Positions 62,567 through 64,000 of a DNA stretch of 64,000 nucleotides are shown piece after piece (positions within the stretch are counted from its first letter, which is position 1; each line of letters begins with the position of its first letter). The stretch comes from a virus. Lineage: Duplodnaviria; Caudoviricetes. The notes under the pieces are model-generated. The model ran no database searches and was not told the origin of the DNA. It was given only the letters and a program-made list of their open reading frames with translations. The stretch lies in IMG/VR virus record IMGVR_UViG_3300035661_000004; one strand, written 5' to 3'. The translations under genes and the position numbers were made by a program.

Positions 62567-64000
62567 TCACTCGTCTTGGTCGCTGAAGATGGCAGTTAGC
62601 TCTGACATGAGCTTATTGAGAGCTTGCTCCCAAGTATCAAACACAGCTTCGTCCTCGCCGTCGGTGAGCGCGCCGCCGTCAACAAACATCAGGATGCGTT
62701 CTTCGTTAGGCACCCGGCGGATGATGTACGAGCATTCGGTGTCATAGTCACCGCCGCTGGCTTTCAAGGTGACCCTCAACCTGTCCCTGTTGCCTGAGTA
62801 CGGCACGTGCGATGCGCCGAATGTCCAATTGTAGTGCTGGCATCTAAGGCATGCATGCAGTACGCCGCCACTCATCTTGACGTCGTCAAACTCACGGCCT
62901 CTAGGCGTCTCAAAGCCGATGAACTTCTGCTGAAGCGAAAGCATCACGCGCTTGCTGTATTCAACCTCTTCAAAGATCTTCTCAACAGGGCCGTCGGCGA
63001 TAGTCCGTTGGATCACGTTGTCGTCGAGGTGGACTGTCTTAGAGTAAGCGATGGCCTCTCTTGTTTGCTCAACGTCACGCACTCGGACTCGCTCAACGCT
63101 GAAGCGGTCAAGCGTGCTCACATAGATTGTTAGCGGATGCTTAGTCGTTGCGATGAGCCGTCGATCATCAAGAGTAAGCTCGTACTCCTGCGTGTAGTTA
63201 ACGTGGTTCCGCTTAAAGCCTGCCGCTGTGATGATCTTCAAGAACGCAGTACGTTCCGCATAAGCAACATGTAGCTTGACCCAGTGAGGTAGAGCGGCAT
63301 CATCACCCAAGAGGTTCGCGACCCAGTGAGGTAGAGCGGCATCATCACCCAAGAGGTTCGCGATGCTTACGTCGTAGAGCTTGTCGCCGAGGTGATCATA
63401 GACGACGACCTCCTTGCCGCCATCTTCAATCTTGACATTGTGCTTAGGCAGCGCGTCAACGATAGCCTGCTGGATCAAGAGAGCCCGTGACCGCAACGTG
63501 CTGGCTTCATTGAGCTTACTTGTACACGCCTGGCGTAGCTCAGCAGGTACGACCAGCTTCTTGCTTTCCAAGCCCTCAACGGCTCGCTTCAGGATCTCCT
63601 TCAGCTGTGCCTTGTGCGGGAAGCTTGATGACATCATTAGCTTGAAGGCGTCGCCGTAGGTCATGACCTGCTTCGCGCTCACGCTTGAGCCGAAGAGGAT
63701 GGTGCAGATCTTGTCAGGGTCGCTGGTGATCAGGCTCTTGCCCGTGGTCTTGAAGGACTTCGTGATCCCGCGTTTTCCTGCCTTGTCCTGTGTTGACCTA
63801 TAGAGCCCACGGCTTAGATCGAATGCAAGCCTACTCCTTGCCGTCTCTTGGCCGTCTGCCGCCCTGGCCGTCACCTTGTACTCCGCATACTTCGCGATTG
63901 CAAACAGCAGCTCATTGCGGTGAGAGCCCTTCAAGCCTAGCTTCAGGTCGTTCGGGGCGTTGTAGTAGGCCCACTTCGCTAGCTTGAGGTTCGTTGTAGG
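62567..64000 (-). CDS. 5'-truncated multi-module late protein: nucleotidyltransferase-like N-terminal module followed by an LxLQQ module
   Basis: Frame is open to the window end; AKWAYYNAP...LKGSHRNELLFAIAK pattern recalled from phage NTase-like proteins; KLNE-AST...ALLIQQAIVD starts the second module. Confidence 0.65.
   Translation of the reverse strand, partial: PTTNLKLAKWAYYNAPNDLKLGLKGSHRNELLFAIAKYAEYKVTARAADGQETARSRLAFDLSRGLYRSTQDKAGKRGITKSFKTTGKSLITSDPDKICTILFGSSVSAKQVMTYGDAFKLMMSSSFPHKAQLKEILKRAVEGLESKKLVVPAELRQACTSKLNEASTLRSRALLIQQAIVDALPKHNVKIEDGGKEVVVYDHLGDKLYDVSIANLLGDDAALPHWVANLLGDDAALPHWVKLHVAYAERTAFLKIITAAGFKRNHVNYTQEYELTLDDRRLIATTKHPLTIYVSTLDRFSVERVRVRDVEQTREAIAYSKTVHLDDNVIQRTIADGPVEKIFEEVEYSKRVMLSLQQKFIGFETPRGREFDDVKMSGGVLHACLRCQHYNWTFGASHVPYSGNRDRLRVTLKASGGDYDTECSYIIRRVPNEERILMFVDGGALTDGEDEAVFDTWEQALNKLMSELTAIFSDQDE
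63279..63362. repeat. Perfect 42-bp tandem duplication (in-frame, 14 aa)
   Basis: ACCCAGTGAGGTAGAGCGGCATCATCACCCAAGAGGTTCGCG x2, encoding ANLLGDDAALPHWV twice. Confidence 0.97.

Noticed and set aside
1-64000. CRISPR array, tRNA, rRNA, integrase, IS element, reverse transcriptase/DGR
   Set aside because: No repeat-spacer array, cloverleaf, or integrase/transposase/RT motif was seen by eye. tRNAscan-SE and Infernal were not run, so short RNAs could have been missed.
1-64000. Interpretation as a decaying prophage because of the pseudogenes
   Set aside because: All essential genes are intact, there are no host flanks or lysogeny genes, and the gene content is that of a lytic T4-like phage.

Overview
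A 64-kb segment of a large, apparently lytic, T4-superfamily (contractile-tailed) phage genome. The host is probably a betaproteobacterium, inferred only from a phage-borne FxDxF PEP-CTERM protein. The window holds a dispersed set of T4-like morphogenesis genes: portal gp20, prohead protease gp21, scaffold gp22, major capsid gp23, sheath gp18, tube gp19, neck gp13/gp14, gp15, gp4, and terminase gp17 with a gp16 candidate. It also holds a recombination block (gp32, uvsX, uvsY, uvsW), a GroES co-chaperonin, three free-standing homing endonucleases in different states, and many accessory genes. Transcription signals are readable: TTTACA-N17-TAnnAT early promoters, TAAATA late promoters and several rho-independent terminators. 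The most interesting observations are: (1) about 18 accessory ORFs with an M-[KR]-L-x-x-L-L-E-like N-terminus resembling T4 capsid-targeting/gp21 cleavage leaders, which suggests a large head-packaged cargo including a kinase, two papain-like peptidases, a metallopeptidase and a lytic transglycosylase; (2) a dispersed family of about 14 modules sharing an L-x-L-Q-Q-x-L-V-D helix, some inside apparent polyproteins; (3) a candidate DNA-hypermodification cluster at 58.6-62.6 kb; (4) a PEP-CTERM surface protein and two secreted proteins; (5) at least 11 frameshifted or nonsense-broken accessory genes while every core gene is intact; (6) late promoters only 4-5 nt before ATG, implying leaderless mRNAs. 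All family assignments come from motif recognition by eye; no database searches were run.
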